A stretch of DNA of 64,000 nt from an uncultured Bacteroidales bacterium (GTDB lineage: Bacteria > Bacteroidota > Bacteroidia > Bacteroidales > JAGOPY01): assembly GCA_964489545.1 (NCBI GenBank), contig CAZAZE010000001.1, positions 337,412-401,411 of the forward strand. The letters run 5' to 3'. Both the position numbers and the translations under genes were made by a program. Every line of letters begins with the position of its first letter. The first letter of the stretch is position 1. Under the pieces are notes generated by a model. The model had not been told where the DNA came from and made no database searches. It saw nothing but the letters and a program-made list of their open reading frames with translations. Positions 9,483 to 20,912 of the stretch are shown here, piece by piece.

Positions 9483-10025
9483 ATGGGCGAACAGGTCAAA
9501 AAATGGTATGTGGTCCGGGCAGTGAGCGGTAAGGAAAAGAAGGTGAAGGAGTATATCGAGAGTGAAATCAACCGTCTCGGCCTGCAGGATTTCGTATCAC
9601 AGGTACTTATTCCCCAGGAAAAGATCTACCAGGTCCGGAAAGGAAAGAAGATCAGCAAGGAACGGAATTATTTTCCCGGATATGTCCTGATCGAGGCTGC
9701 CCTGGTGGGAGAAATACCGCACATCATCCGGAATATTCCGAATGTGCTGGGATTTCTCGGAACCGGCAACGAGCCCAGCCCCATCCGCCCCGCAGAAGTC
9801 AAACGCATCCTCGGCAAAGTGGATGAGTTGGCGGAACAGGGCGAAGGGGTCAACATTCCTTTCATCGTGGGCGAAACCGTCAAGGTGATCGACGGGCCGT
9901 TCAACAGTTTCTCCGGCGTGATCGAAGAGATCAACGAGGAAAAGAAGAAGCTGAAAGTGATGGTCAAGATCTTCGGACGGAAAACCCCGCTGGAACTGAG
10001 TTTCATGCAGGTGGAAAAAGAATGA
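9483..10025 (+). CDS. nusG: Transcription termination/antitermination factor NusG
   Basis: NGN domain (KWYVVRAVSGKEKKV) plus a KOW motif (GETVKVIDGPFNSFSGVIEEI). Confidence 0.96.
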   Translation: MGEQVKKWYVVRAVSGKEKKVKEYIESEINRLGLQDFVSQVLIPQEKIYQVRKGKKISKERNYFPGYVLIEAALVGEIPHIIRNIPNVLGFLGTGNEPSPIRPAEVKRILGKVDELAEQGEGVNIPFIVGETVKVIDGPFNSFSGVIEEINEEKKKLKVMVKIFGRKTPLELSFMQVEKE

Positions 10026-10072
10026 CAGCCAGGTTAACCTGTTAATTATTAACATTTCAATCTTTTATTAGC

Positions 10073-10519
10073 ATGGCAAAAGAAGTTGCTGGATTGATCA
10101 AACTGCAAATCAAGGGCGGGGCGGCAAATCCTTCACCACCGGTGGGGCCGGCACTGGGTTCCAAAGGCGTGAACATTATGGAATTCTGTAAGCAGTTCAA
10201 CGCGAGGACCCAGGACCAGGCAGGCAAACTGCTCCCGGTCATCATTACGGTATACAGGGACAAGAGCTTTGACTTTGTGATCAAACGCCCTCCTGTTGCA
10301 GTTCAGCTAATGGAAGCGGCCAAGGTCACCAAAGGATCATCCGAGCCCAACCGCAACAAGGTCGGATCGGTTACCTGGGACCAGGTTAAGTTGATCGCAG
10401 AAGACAAAATGGCGGATTTGAACTGCTTTACGCTCGAATCGGCCGTTTCGATGGTTGCCGGCACGGCCAGAAGCATGGGCCTGACCATCAAAGGCGCTGC
10501 TCCGATCGCTGAAGCCTGA
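10073..10519 (+). CDS. rplK: 50S ribosomal protein L11
   Basis: [34 protein letters not shown] is the L11 signature. Confidence 0.97.
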   Translation: MAKEVAGLIKLQIKGGAANPSPPVGPALGSKGVNIMEFCKQFNARTQDQAGKLLPVIITVYRDKSFDFVIKRPPVAVQLMEAAKVTKGSSEPNRNKVGSVTWDQVKLIAEDKMADLNCFTLESAVSMVAGTARSMGLTIKGAAPIAEA

Positions 10520-10565
10520 CCGCCGCTCCGAATATTTCAGAATATAATTAATACGAGGTAAAACA

Positions 10566-11261
10566 ATGGCTAAAACAACCAAAAAACAAAAGGAAGCCCT
10601 CGCAAAGTTTGATAAGACCAAATCCTACGGGCTGAATGAGGCGGTAGAAGTCGTGAAAGGGATTACTTATACCCGCTTTGATGCTTCCGTTGACCTCGAT
10701 GTCCGGCTTGGCGTTGACCCCAGAAAGGCCAACCAGATGGTGCGCGGCACCGTTACCCTTCCCCACGGGACCGGTAAGACCGTCCGCGTACTCGCCCTGG
10801 TCACCCCCGATAAGGAGGATGAAGCCAAGGCAGCCGGCGCTGACTATGTAGGACTTGAAGAATATATCGACAAGATCAAGCAGGGATGGACCGACATTGA
10901 CGTCGTGATCACCATGCCCCAGGTAATGCCCAAGATCGGCCCCCTCGGAAAGATCCTCGGCCCCCGCGGACTCATGCCGAACCCCAAAACGGGAACGGTA
11001 ACCATGGAAGTCGCCAAGGCCATCAACGAGGTTAAAGCCGGTAAGATCGACTTTAAGGTTGATAAATACGGCATTATCCACGCTTCGATCGGGAAGGTTT
11101 CCTTTGGCAACGACCAGCTGGTCGACAACGCCAAGGAACTGCTGCAGACGATCCTCAAACTGAAGCCGTCGGCAGCCAAAGGTACCTATATGAAAAGCGT
11201 GTACATCTCCAGTACGATGAGCCCGGGTATTCAGATTGAGCCCAAATCCATCACAGTGTAA
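10566..11261 (+). CDS. rplA: 50S ribosomal protein L1
   Basis: 231 aa, [24 protein letters not shown]..., in conserved order. Confidence 0.97.
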   Translation: MAKTTKKQKEALAKFDKTKSYGLNEAVEVVKGITYTRFDASVDLDVRLGVDPRKANQMVRGTVTLPHGTGKTVRVLALVTPDKEDEAKAAGADYVGLEEYIDKIKQGWTDIDVVITMPQVMPKIGPLGKILGPRGLMPNPKTGTVTMEVAKAINEVKAGKIDFKVDKYGIIHASIGKVSFGNDQLVDNAKELLQTILKLKPSAAKGTYMKSVYISSTMSPGIQIEPKSITV

Positions 11262-11282
11262 TAACCAGAAATAAAAAGAGTC

Positions 11283-11804
11283 ATGACAAGAGAAGAAAAA
11301 AATCAGCTGATCGACTCATTGGCGGAAACACTGAAAAGCAGCGACACGATCTACGTAACAGATATTTCGGATCTGAATTCGAGCAATTCCACCCGCCTGC
11401 GTTCCCTTTGCTCAAAAAGGAACGTACACCTGCAGGTGGTCAAGAACACGATCCTGAAGAAAGCTATGGAGCGGTCGGAAAAGAACTTTGAAGATCTTTT
11501 CCCGATCCTGAACGGTCCTACTTCCGTAATGATTTCGGACTCCGGCAATGCCCCGGCAAAACTCATCAAGGAATTCAGAAGAACCTCCGACAGACCAATC
11601 CTCAAGGGTGCGTACATCCAGGAGATGGTCTTCATCGGGGATAATCAGCTGGATATCCTGATCGCACTTAAGTCAAAGAACGAGCTGATCGCAGACGTCA
11701 TCGCACTGCTGCAGTCGCCCGTCAGAAACGTTATGTCGGGCCTGCAATCCGGCGGCCATAAGCTTTCAGGCATCCTGAAAACCTTATCCGAGAAGGAGGC
11801 ATAA
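11283..11804 (+). CDS. rplJ: 50S ribosomal protein L10
   Basis: 173 aa, positioned between rplA and rplL, with the typical L10 N-terminus. Confidence 0.93.
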   Translation: MTREEKNQLIDSLAETLKSSDTIYVTDISDLNSSNSTRLRSLCSKRNVHLQVVKNTILKKAMERSEKNFEDLFPILNGPTSVMISDSGNAPAKLIKEFRRTSDRPILKGAYIQEMVFIGDNQLDILIALKSKNELIADVIALLQSPVRNVMSGLQSGGHKLSGILKTLSEKEA

Positions 11805-11850
11805 CAATTTTTTAATTCACAAATTTCGAAAACATTTAAAATTCAATAAA

Positions 11851-12237
11851 ATGGCAGATTTAAAAGCGTTCGCAGAACAGTTGGTTAACTTAACCGTAAA
11901 GGAAGTCAACGAGTTGGCACAGATCCTGAAAGACGAATATGGTATTGAACCGGCAGCAGCAGCCGCAGTGGTAGCCGCTCCGGGAGCCGCCGCAGGTGGA
12001 GATGCACCGGCAGCCGCTGAAGAGAAGACCACATTCGACGTTATCCTGAAACACCCCGGACAGGCAAAGCTGGCCGTGGTCAAGCTCGTCAAGGAACTCA
12101 CCAGCCTTGGCCTGAAGGAAGCCAAGGAACTGGTCGACGCCGCACCGAAACCACTCAAGGAAGGCGCATCCAAGGACGAAGCAGAAGCACTCAAGAAGCA
12201 GCTTGAAGAAGCAGGCGCTGAAGTTGAAGTTAAGTAA
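11851..12237 (+). CDS. rplL: 50S ribosomal protein L7/L12
   Basis: Ala/Pro-rich hinge followed by the C-terminal [19 protein letters not shown]...EAGAEVEVK. Confidence 0.97.
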   Translation: MADLKAFAEQLVNLTVKEVNELAQILKDEYGIEPAAAAAVVAAPGAAAGGDAPAAAEEKTTFDVILKHPGQAKLAVVKLVKELTSLGLKEAKELVDAAPKPLKEGASKDEAEALKKQLEEAGAEVEVK

Positions 12238-12248
12238 ATCTGATGAAC

Positions 12249-12274
12249 CGGCTAATCACCTTAGCCGTTCTTTT
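12249..12274 (+). terminator. rplL-rpoB intergenic attenuator/terminator hairpin
   Basis: CGGCTAA-tcacc-TTAGCCG followed by TTCTTTT, at the classical attenuator position between rplL and rpoB. Confidence 0.55.
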
Positions 12275-12385
12275 ACCGGGCCTGGTCCCCGATCACATCG
12301 GGGTCAGGCTCGTCCCCTTTAACATCAATGGTCAATTCTTAATGTGCTAAACCGTTCTCCCGGGAGGACATAAAACCTTAAAACC

Positions 12386-15300
12386 TTGTCATCGAATAAA
12401 GCTGAAAGATTCAATTTCGGATCATCAAAAGTACAGGCAGAATACCCGGATTTCCTTGAAATCCAGCTCCAATCCTTCAAAGACTTCTTCCAACTGGAAA
12501 CCAACCCCGAAGACCGGGTCAATGAAGGCCTCTATAAAGTTTTCAGCGAGAATTTCCCCATCACCGACGCCAGGAACAACTTCGTCCTGGAATTCCTGGA
12601 TTACTTCGTCGACCCGCCAAGGTACTCGATCGAGGAATGCATGGAACGTGGGCTGACCTATTCAGTTCCGCTGAAAGCCAAACTGAAGCTGTACTGCACG
12701 GATCCCGAGCATGAAGACTTTGAAACGATCATCCAGGACGTTTACCTGGGCATGATCCCGTATATGACCCCAAAAGGGACATTCATCATCAACGGGGCGG
12801 AACGCGTTGTGGTCTCACAGCTCCACCGCTCTCCCGGGGTATTTTTCGGCACGAGCATACACGCCAACGGAACCCAGCTGTTCAGCGCCAGGATCATCCC
12901 CTTCAAGGGCTCCTGGATCGAGTTCACGACCGACATCAACAATGTCATGTATGCCTATATCGACCGGAAGAAAAAATTACCGGTCACCACCCTGCTGCGC
13001 GCCATCGGTTATGAAACCGACAAGGATATCCTCGAGATATTCTCCCTGGCCGAAGAGGTGAAGGTGAACAAGACCAACATGAAGAAAGTCGTCGGCCGCA
13101 AGCTCGCCGCCCGTGTCGTTCGCGCATGGGTGGAAGACTTTGTGGACGAAGATACCGGTGAGGTAGTCTCCATCGAACGCACCGAGGTGCTGATCGAAAG
13201 GGAAACCATCATCGAAAAAGAGCATGCCGACCTGATGCTCGAATCCGGTGTGGATACGATCCTGCTGCATAAGGAGGATATCAACACCCTGGAATACGCC
13301 ATCATTTTCAACACCCTTCAGAAAGACACCGCCAACTCAGAGAAAGAGGCTGTTGAATACATCTACCGCCAGCTCCGCAACGCGGAACCTCCGGACGAAG
13401 AGACCGCCAGGGGCATCATCGAGAAGCTGTTCTTCTCGGAGAAACGGTACGACCTGGGTGACGTTGGCCGGTACCGGATCAACACCAAACTGGGGCTCAG
13501 CGTCGACGATAACGTGAAGGTCCTTACCAAGGAAGACATTATCTCCATTATCAGGTACCTGGTAGAACTGTCAAATTCCAAAACGGAAGTCGACGATATC
13601 GATCACCTCAGCAACCGTCGTGTCCGCACGGTCGGCGAGCAGCTGTACGCCCAGTTTGGCGTCGGCCTGGCCCGAATGGCCCGTACGATCAGGGAACGCA
13701 TGAATGTCAGGGACAACGAGGTGTTCACCCCGATGGACCTCATCAATGCCAAGACGCTTTCGTCGGTGATCAACTCCTTTTTCGGCACCAACCAGCTGTC
13801 GCAATTCATGGATCAGACCAACCCATTGTCGGAGCTGACGCACAAGCGCAGGATCTCGGCCCTGGGCCCCGGCGGTCTTTCGCGGGAGCGCGCGGGCTTC
13901 GAGGTCCGCGACGTTCATTACACGCACTACGGCCGCCTGTGCACCATTGAAACCCCGGAAGGTCCCAACATCGGTCTGATTTCGTCACTTTGCGTTTTTG
14001 CCAAGGTGAACTCCCTGGGCTTCATTGAAACACCCTATAAAAAGGTAGAAGAAGGGCAGGTGATGCTCAACGAGCCCCCGATCTTTCTTAGCGCCGAAGA
14101 AGAAGAAAAGAAGGTCATCGCTCAGGCCAGCGCCCCGCTGAAAGCTGACGGTAATTTTGTCCGTGACCGGGTAAAAGTCCGGTACCAGGCCGACTACCCG
14201 ATCGTAGAGCCCCATGGCGTGGACCTGATGGACACCGCACCGAACCAGATCGCCTCTATCGCCGCTTCACTCATCCCCTTCCTGGAACATGACGACGCCA
14301 ACCGCGCCCTCATGGGATCGAACATGATGCGCCAGGCGGTGCCCCTGCTCGAACCCGAGGTGCCGATCGTAGGGACCGGCATCGAAGGAGATGTGGTGCG
14401 CGACTCCCGCGTGCTCATCCATGCCGAAGGCGATGGCTTTGTCGAATTTGTAGACGCCCGCGAGATCGTCATCCGCTATACCCGAGATGAGAACGAACGC
14501 CTGGTCAGTTTTGACGACGATATCAAGAAATACCAGCTTACCAAATTCCTCCGCACCAACCAGAACACCTGCGTTAACCTTCGTCCTCTGGTAAAAAAGG
14601 GCGATAAGGTGACCAAAGGCCAGGCGCTGTGCGAAGGCTACGCCACCCGCAACGGAGAACTGGCCCTCGGCCGGAACCTCATGGTGGCATTCATGCCCTG
14701 GAAAGGCTACAACTTCGAAGACGCCGTTGTGATCAATGAAAAAGTGGTCAAGGAAGACCTGTTTACCTCCATCCACATTGAAGAGTTCACCCTGGAAGTA
14801 CGCGACACCAAAAGAGGTATCGAGGAACTCACCAACGACATCCCGAACGTCAGCGCCGAAGCCACAAAAGATCTTGATGAGAACGGGCTGATCCGGATTG
14901 GCGCGGAAGTGAAAGAGGGAGACATCCTGATCGGGAAAATCACACCCAAAGGCGAAAGCGATCCGACGCCGGAGGAAAAACTGCTGCGCGCCATTTTCGG
15001 TGACAAAGCCGGCGACGTCAAGAACGCCTCTCTTAAGGCCCCACCCGCCATGAAAGGCGTGGTCGTCGAGAACAAGCTCTTCAGCCGCGTGATTAAAGAC
15101 CGCAAGTCAAGGGTCAAGGAAAAAGATGTGCTCAAAGAGCTGGACGATCAGATGCATAAAGAGTCCAACGAACTCAAAGCCAAGCTGGTCGATAAACTGA
15201 TGATCCTCGTCAGCGGGAAAACCTCCCAGGGAGTTTATAACAATTTCAAGGAAGAGGTGGTTCCAAAGAAGGCCAAGTTCACGCAGAAAATGCTGATGGC

Positions 15301-16192
15301 ACTGGATTACGGCAACATCAACCCCAACCGCTGGACGCTGGAGAAGGACAAGAACGACCTGATCAAGGTGCTCATCAACAATTACAACATCAAGCTGAAG
15401 GAGCTGCAGGGCCGGTACAACCGCATGAAATTCCAGGCCACCGTGGGCGATGACCTGCCCAATGGCATTGTGCAGATGGCCAAGGTATACGTGGCCCGCA
15501 AGCGCAAGCTCCAGGTCGGCGATAAAATGTCAGGGCGTCACGGAAACAAAGGTATCGTGGCCAAGATCGTCCGCCAGGAAGATATGCCGTTCCTGGAAGA
15601 CGGAACGCCGGTCGATATCGTCCTCAACCCGCTGGGTGTGCCGAGCCGTATGAACCTGGGCCAGATCTACGAAACGGTTCTGGGCTGGGCCGGCCATAAA
15701 CTCGGCATGACGTTCGCCACACCGATCTTTGACGGCGCCAGCTACGAGCAGATCAACGAGCTCATGCAAAAAGCCGGATTGCCCAAAGACGGGAAAGTGT
15801 ACCTGTATGACGGTGAAACCGGGGTTCGTTTCCATCAGCCCACCACGGTCGGTTTCATCTACATGCTGAAACTGCACCATATGGTCGAGGACAAGATCCA
15901 CGCCCGCTCCATCGGACCTTACTCCCTCATCACCCAGCAGCCGCTGGGCGGAAAGGCGCAGTTCGGGGGGCAGCGTTTCGGGGAAATGGAAGTCTGGGCC
16001 CTGGAAGCCTTCGGCGCATCCAACATCCTGCAGGAGATCCTTACCGTCAAATCCGACGATGTGCAGGGAAGGGCCAAAACGTACGAAACCATCGTCAAAG
16101 GGGAAAATATGCCCAAATCGAGCATTCCCGAATCGTTCAACGTTCTGGTGCATGAACTGCGGGGCCTCGGGCTTGAAGTGAGTTTTGAATAA
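12386..16192 (+). CDS. rpoB: DNA-directed RNA polymerase subunit beta
   Basis: 1268 aa with full-length RpoB signatures. TTG is the only possible start: there is an in-frame TAA at 12371 and no ATG before the conserved MSSNK...[10 protein letters not shown]-terminus. Confidence 0.98.
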   Translation: MSSNKAERFNFGSSKVQAEYPDFLEIQLQSFKDFFQLETNPEDRVNEGLYKVFSENFPITDARNNFVLEFLDYFVDPPRYSIEECMERGLTYSVPLKAKLKLYCTDPEHEDFETIIQDVYLGMIPYMTPKGTFIINGAERVVVSQLHRSPGVFFGTSIHANGTQLFSARIIPFKGSWIEFTTDINNVMYAYIDRKKKLPVTTLLRAIGYETDKDILEIFSLAEEVKVNKTNMKKVVGRKLAARVVRAWVEDFVDEDTGEVVSIERTEVLIERETIIEKEHADLMLESGVDTILLHKEDINTLEYAIIFNTLQKDTANSEKEAVEYIYRQLRNAEPPDEETARGIIEKLFFSEKRYDLGDVGRYRINTKLGLSVDDNVKVLTKEDIISIIRYLVELSNSKTEVDDIDHLSNRRVRTVGEQLYAQFGVGLARMARTIRERMNVRDNEVFTPMDLINAKTLSSVINSFFGTNQLSQFMDQTNPLSELTHKRRISALGPGGLSRERAGFEVRDVHYTHYGRLCTIETPEGPNIGLISSLCVFAKVNSLGFIETPYKKVEEGQVMLNEPPIFLSAEEEEKKVIAQASAPLKADGNFVRDRVKVRYQADYPIVEPHGVDLMDTAPNQIASIAASLIPFLEHDDANRALMGSNMMRQAVPLLEPEVPIVGTGIEGDVVRDSRVLIHAEGDGFVEFVDAREIVIRYTRDENERLVSFDDDIKKYQLTKFLRTNQNTCVNLRPLVKKGDKVTKGQALCEGYATRNGELALGRNLMVAFMPWKGYNFEDAVVINEKVVKEDLFTSIHIEEFTLEVRDTKRGIEELTNDIPNVSAEATKDLDENGLIRIGAEVKEGDILIGKITPKGESDPTPEEKLLRAIFGDKAGDVKNASLKAPPAMKGVVVENKLFSRVIKDRKSRVKEKDVLKELDDQMHKESNELKAKLVDKLMILVSGKTSQGVYNNFKEEVVPKKAKFTQKMLMALDYGNINPNRWTLEKDKNDLIKVLINNYNIKLKELQGRYNRMKFQATVGDDLPNGIVQMAKVYVARKRKLQVGDKMSGRHGNKGIVAKIVRQEDMPFLEDGTPVDIVLNPLGVPSRMNLGQIYETVLGWAGHKLGMTFATPIFDGASYEQINELMQKAGLPKDGKVYLYDGETGVRFHQPTTVGFIYMLKLHHMVEDKIHARSIGPYSLITQQPLGGKAQFGGQRFGEMEVWALEAFGASNILQEILTVKSDDVQGRAKTYETIVKGENMPKSSIPESFNVLVHELRGLGLEVSFE

Positions 16193-16212
16193 CAATCTAA
16201 TCACAATTATAA

Positions 16213-19200
16213 ATGGCTTTCAGAAGAGATTCAAGTATTACAGGTGATTTTTCTACCATAACCATCAGCCTGGCGTCGCCGGAATCGGTCCTGGAGCGCT
16301 CTTTCGGAGAAGTGCTCAAGCCGGAAACGATCAACTACCGGACCTATAAGCCGGAGCGGGATGGTCTTTTCTGTGAACGAATCTTCGGGCCGGTCAAAGA
16401 TTACGAATGCCACTGCGGAAAATACAAAAGGATCCGCTACAAAGGCATTATCTGCGACCGCTGCGGCGTTGAAGTCACAGAGAAAAAAGTCAGGAGGGAG
16501 CGTACCGGGCACATCCAGCTGGTGGTTCCGGTGGCCCACATTTGGTTCTTCCGCTCGCTGCCGAATAAAATCGGCGCCTTGCTCGGCCTTCCTTCCAAAA
16601 AGATGGACTCTATCATCTATTATGAAAGATATGTGGTCATCCAGCCCGGGGTGAAAGAAAAAGACGGCATCAAAGAACTTGATTTCCTTACGGAAGAGGA
16701 GTATTTTGACATTGTCGACGCCCTCCCGGACAACCAGCACCTTGACGACAGCGACCCGAACAAATTCATTGCCAAGATGGGTGCCGAGGCGCTGCAGATG
16801 CTGCTGCAAAAGATCGACCTCGACCAGGTTTCTTTCGACCTGCGTCACAAAGCCAACACGGAAACTTCACAGCAGCGCAAGCAGGAAGCCTTGAAACGGC
16901 TCCAGGTTTTTGAAGCCTTCCGCGATGCCCGTACCCGCGCCGAAAACAGGCCGGAGTGGATGATCCTGAAGATCATCCCGGTGATTCCGCCCGAACTGCG
17001 TCCGCTGGTCCCGCTCGACGGTGGCCGTTTTGCCACTTCCGACCTGAATGACCTCTACCGCCGGGTGATCATCCGGAATAACCGCCTGAAAAGACTTATC
17101 GAGATCAAGGCGCCGGACGTGATCATGCGCAATGAAAAGCGCATGCTCCAGGAAGCGGTGGATTCCCTGCTCGACAATTCCCGCAAGGTGAGCGCAGTCA
17201 AAACCGAATCCAACCGTCCGCTGAAATCGCTCAGCGACAGTCTCAAAGGCAAACAGGGCCGTTTCCGGCAGAACCTGCTGGGAAAACGCGTCGACTACTC
17301 CGGCCGTTCGGTCATCGTGGTCGGCCCCGAACTGAAGCTGAACGAATGTGGCCTCCCGAAAGACATGGCTGCGGAACTCTTTAAACCGTTCATCATCCGC
17401 AAACTCCTGGAGCGGGGGATCGTCAAGACGGTTAAATCCGCCAAGAAAATCGTTGACCGGAAAGACGCGGTGGTCTGGGATATCCTGGAGAACATCCTCA
17501 AAGGGCATCCTGTGCTCCTCAACCGTGCTCCTACCCTTCACCGGCTGGGTATCCAGGCTTTCCAGCCCAAACTGATCGAAGGTAAGGCCATCCAGCTCCA
17601 CCCGCTCGTGTGTACGGCGTTCAACGCCGACTTCGACGGTGACCAGATGGCAGTCCATGTACCGCTGGGCAACGCCGCGATCCTGGAAGCACAGATCCTG
17701 ATGCTCGCTTCGCACAACATCCTGAATCCCGCCAACGGCGCGCCGATCACCGTTCCTTCTCAGGACATGGTTCTCGGTCTTTATTATATGACCAAAGGCA
17801 GGAAAACCACACCGGAATTTCCAGTTAAAGGAGAGGGAAAACGTTTCTATTCTCCTGAAGAAGTCATTATCGCACACAATGAAGGCAAGCTTGACCTGCA
17901 TGCTGTCATTCAGGTGAAAGTCGATGACATCCTCAATGGCAAACCTGTCACGCATATGGTGGAGACCACAACGGGGCGGGTCCTGTTCAACCAGGTCGTG
18001 CCCGGTGAAATGGGCTTCATTAACCAGCTCCTCACCAAGAAAGCGCTTCGCGACATCATCGGCGACATCCTGAAGAATACCGGCACCAAGAAAACAGCCG
18101 ATTTCCTCGACAACATCAAGTACCTGGGATTCAACATGGCGTTCAAAGGCGGCCTGTCGTTCAACCTGGGTGATGTCATCATCCCGACCGTCAAGGAATC
18201 GTTCATCGAAGAAGCCAACCAGGAAGTGGAGGAAGTCCTCAGCAATTACAACATGGGCTTCATCACCAATAATGAGCGATATAACCAGATCATCGACATC
18301 TGGACGCACACCAACTCCAAGCTCACCCAGCAGGTGATGAAGGAATTGTCGCAGGACAAGGGCGGGTTCAACCCGATCTTCATGATGCTGGACTCCGGGG
18401 CCAGGGGTTCCAAGGAACAGATCCGCCAGTTGTCGGGCATGCGCGGCCTGATGGCCAAACCGCAGAAATCCGGAGCCACCGGCGGTGAGATCATCGAAAA
18501 CCCGATCCTTTCGAACTTCAAGGAAGGCCTTTCGGTACTCGAATACTTCATCTCCACGCACGGTGCCCGCAAGGGTCTTGCCGATACGGCGCTCAAGACC
18601 GCCGACGCAGGCTACCTGACCCGCCGTCTGGTCGACGTGGCCCAGGATGTGATCATCCAGGAAGTCGACTGCGGAACGCTGCGCGGGATCACCATCTCGG
18701 CGCTCAAAAAGAACGAGGAGGTCGTGGAATCGTTGTACGACCGCATCCTCGGCCGGGTAACACTGCACGACATCTTCCACCCGAACACCGGGGAACTGAT
18801 CGCGCGGGCGGGACAGGAACTGACCGAAGATAAATGCAGGGTCATCGAAGAATCGCCGATCGAGGCTGTTGAGATCCGTTCGGTGCTGACCTGCGAATCC
18901 AAACATGGCGTCTGCGCCCTCTGCTATGGCAGAAACCTCGCGACGGGCAAAATGGTCCAGGACGGCGAGGCCGTCGGGGTCATCGCCGCCCAGTCGATCG
19001 GTGAGCCGGGAACCCAGCTGACCCTGCGGACCTTCCACGTCGGGGGTACCGCTTCCAACGTGGCCATCATTTCCAAAATCGAAGCCAAATATGAAGGCGT
19101 CCTGGAAATCGATGAGCTGCGGGCTGTTTCCTATACCAACCGTGAAGGCAAATCTTTCGATGTGGTCATCGGCCGTTCCGCCGAAATGAGGATCGTCGAT

Positions 19201-20520
19201 AAGAATACACGCATCATCCTGGCATCAGGCCATATTCCTTACGGAGCGCACCTGTATTTCAGGGAAAATACCGAAGTGAAAAAAGGCGATCTCATCAGCG
19301 ACTGGGATCCGTTCAACGCGGTCATCCTCGCTGAAGTCAACGGCGCCATACAGTACGAGAACATCGTCGAAGGCAAGACCTACCGTATCGAATCCGACGA
19401 ACAGACCGGATACGTGGACAAGGTGGTGATCGAACCCCGCCAGAAGCTGAAGAACCCGACGATCAACATCGTCTCTTCAACCGGAGAGATCCTTAAGGCG
19501 TACGATATCCCGGTCGGCGCACGCATTGTCGTGGAAGACGGCCAGGAGATCAAAGCGGGCGAACCGATGGTCAAAATCCCCAGGGCGATCGGCAAAACCG
19601 GTGACATCACCGGCGGTCTGCCCAGGGTTACGGAACTCTTCGAAGCCCGTAACCCGTCGGAACCCGCCATTGTTGCGGAAATCGACGGCGTTGTGACCAT
19701 CAGCAAAAAACTGAAAAGAGGCAACCGTGAGGTGGTGATCACTTCAAAGACCGGAGAAGAAAAGCGGTACCTCATTCCGACAACCAAACAGATCCTGGCC
19801 CAGGAAAACGACTACATCCGGGCCGGAACTCCGCTGTCGGAAGGGGAAATCTCCCCGTCGGACATTCTCGCGATCAAGGGCCCCATGAAAGTCCAGGAAT
19901 ATATCGTGAATGAAGTGCAGGAAGTGTACCGTCTGCAGGGCGTGAAGATCAACGACAAGCATTTCGAAGTGATCGTCAGGCAGATGATGCGAAAGGTTGA
20001 AGTCGACGATCCCGGCGATACGCGATTCCTTGAGGGAGAACTGATCAATAAGATCGAATTCCAGGATGAGAACGACGACATCTTCGGCAAGAAGGTGGTC
20101 ATCGATCCGGGCGACTCTGCAGTGTACCGTCCGGGCCAGATTGTCAGCGCCAGGAAACTCCGCGATGAGAACTCCATGCTCAAGCGTAAGGATAAACGCC
20201 TGATTGAAGCCAGGGACGCCAGGCCGGCCACCGGGCGTCAGGTAATCCAGGGGATTACCCGGGCTTCTTTGCAGACCAACAGCTGGATTTCCGCGGCATC
20301 GTTCCAGGAAACGACCAAAGTGCTGACCCAGGCGGCCATCCAGGCCAAGTCGGATGAACTGAGGGGCCTGAAGGAGAATGTGATCGTAGGTCATAAGATC
20401 CCCGCCGGCACCGGGCTCAGGAAATACGACGATATCATCGTGGGTTCGCGCGAAGAATATGAAGAGATCATGATGAGCAAGGAAGAGTTCGACGAGCAAC
20501 CCACCGAAATCGATTCATAA
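16213..20520 (+). CDS. rpoC: DNA-directed RNA polymerase subunit beta'
   Basis: 1435 aa with the zinc finger [20 protein letters not shown] and the catalytic NADFDGD. Confidence 0.98.
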   Translation: MAFRRDSSITGDFSTITISLASPESVLERSFGEVLKPETINYRTYKPERDGLFCERIFGPVKDYECHCGKYKRIRYKGIICDRCGVEVTEKKVRRERTGHIQLVVPVAHIWFFRSLPNKIGALLGLPSKKMDSIIYYERYVVIQPGVKEKDGIKELDFLTEEEYFDIVDALPDNQHLDDSDPNKFIAKMGAEALQMLLQKIDLDQVSFDLRHKANTETSQQRKQEALKRLQVFEAFRDARTRAENRPEWMILKIIPVIPPELRPLVPLDGGRFATSDLNDLYRRVIIRNNRLKRLIEIKAPDVIMRNEKRMLQEAVDSLLDNSRKVSAVKTESNRPLKSLSDSLKGKQGRFRQNLLGKRVDYSGRSVIVVGPELKLNECGLPKDMAAELFKPFIIRKLLERGIVKTVKSAKKIVDRKDAVVWDILENILKGHPVLLNRAPTLHRLGIQAFQPKLIEGKAIQLHPLVCTAFNADFDGDQMAVHVPLGNAAILEAQILMLASHNILNPANGAPITVPSQDMVLGLYYMTKGRKTTPEFPVKGEGKRFYSPEEVIIAHNEGKLDLHAVIQVKVDDILNGKPVTHMVETTTGRVLFNQVVPGEMGFINQLLTKKALRDIIGDILKNTGTKKTADFLDNIKYLGFNMAFKGGLSFNLGDVIIPTVKESFIEEANQEVEEVLSNYNMGFITNNERYNQIIDIWTHTNSKLTQQVMKELSQDKGGFNPIFMMLDSGARGSKEQIRQLSGMRGLMAKPQKSGATGGEIIENPILSNFKEGLSVLEYFISTHGARKGLADTALKTADAGYLTRRLVDVAQDVIIQEVDCGTLRGITISALKKNEEVVESLYDRILGRVTLHDIFHPNTGELIARAGQELTEDKCRVIEESPIEAVEIRSVLTCESKHGVCALCYGRNLATGKMVQDGEAVGVIAAQSIGEPGTQLTLRTFHVGGTASNVAIISKIEAKYEGVLEIDELRAVSYTNREGKSFDVVIGRSAEMRIVDKNTRIILASGHIPYGAHLYFRENTEVKKGDLISDWDPFNAVILAEVNGAIQYENIVEGKTYRIESDEQTGYVDKVVIEPRQKLKNPTINIVSSTGEILKAYDIPVGARIVVEDGQEIKAGEPMVKIPRAIGKTGDITGGLPRVTELFEARNPSEPAIVAEIDGVVTISKKLKRGNREVVITSKTGEEKRYLIPTTKQILAQENDYIRAGTPLSEGEISPSDILAIKGPMKVQEYIVNEVQEVYRLQGVKINDKHFEVIVRQMMRKVEVDDPGDTRFLEGELINKIEFQDENDDIFGKKVVIDPGDSAVYRPGQIVSARKLRDENSMLKRKDKRLIEARDARPATGRQVIQGITRASLQTNSWISAASFQETTKVLTQAAIQAKSDELRGLKENVIVGHKIPAGTGLRKYDDIIVGSREEYEEIMMSKEEFDEQPTEIDS

Positions 20521-20538
20521 TCAATAAATAAAATAAGG

Positions 20539-20856
20539 ATGAGCGATAACAAGCCCAAAAACCAGATTAACATCGAGCTGAGCGAGGAGCAGGCCGAAGG
20601 TATCTACGCGAACCTGGCCATGATCACGCATTCTCATTCGGAATTCATCATTGATTTTATCAAGATGATGCCCGGAATGCCCAAGGCGAAGGTTAAATCG
20701 AGGATCATCCTCACGCCCCAGCATGCCAAGCGTTTGCTCAGGGCGCTGAAGGAAAACATCGGGAAATATGAAAGCACCTACGGGCAGATCGAAACACCCG
20801 AAGGTTCCGAAGGGCTTCCGCCCTTCCACCTTGGGGGGCCGACCGCCCAGGCTTAA
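20539..20856 (+). CDS. DUF3467 domain protein (conserved downstream of rpoC in Bacteroidota)
   Basis: 105 aa, NIELSEEQAEGIYANLAMITHSHSEFIIDFI. Position immediately after rpoC. Confidence 0.8.
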   Translation: MSDNKPKNQINIELSEEQAEGIYANLAMITHSHSEFIIDFIKMMPGMPKAKVKSRIILTPQHAKRLLRALKENIGKYESTYGQIETPEGSEGLPPFHLGGPTAQA

Positions 20857-20862
20857 AATACA

Positions 20863-20898
20863 AGAGGCTGCCTTTTTCAAGACAGCCTCTTTTTTTTA
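20863..20898 (+). terminator. Rho-independent terminator closing the rpoBC-DUF3467 unit
   Basis: AGAGGCTG...CAGCCTCT followed by T8. It lies between convergent genes. Confidence 0.75.
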
Positions 20899-20912
20899 TC
20901 ATTCCCTGACTT

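Noticed and set aside
16867-19038. A 723-aa ORF antisense to rpoC, plus many other long antisense ORFs in rpoB and rpoC (e.g. 15530-16204, 19744-20499).
   Set aside because: These are shadow ORFs, typical of genes rich in G/C at the third codon position. The products are low-complexity (R/G/D/V-rich), lack motifs, and overlap unquestionable RNA polymerase genes.
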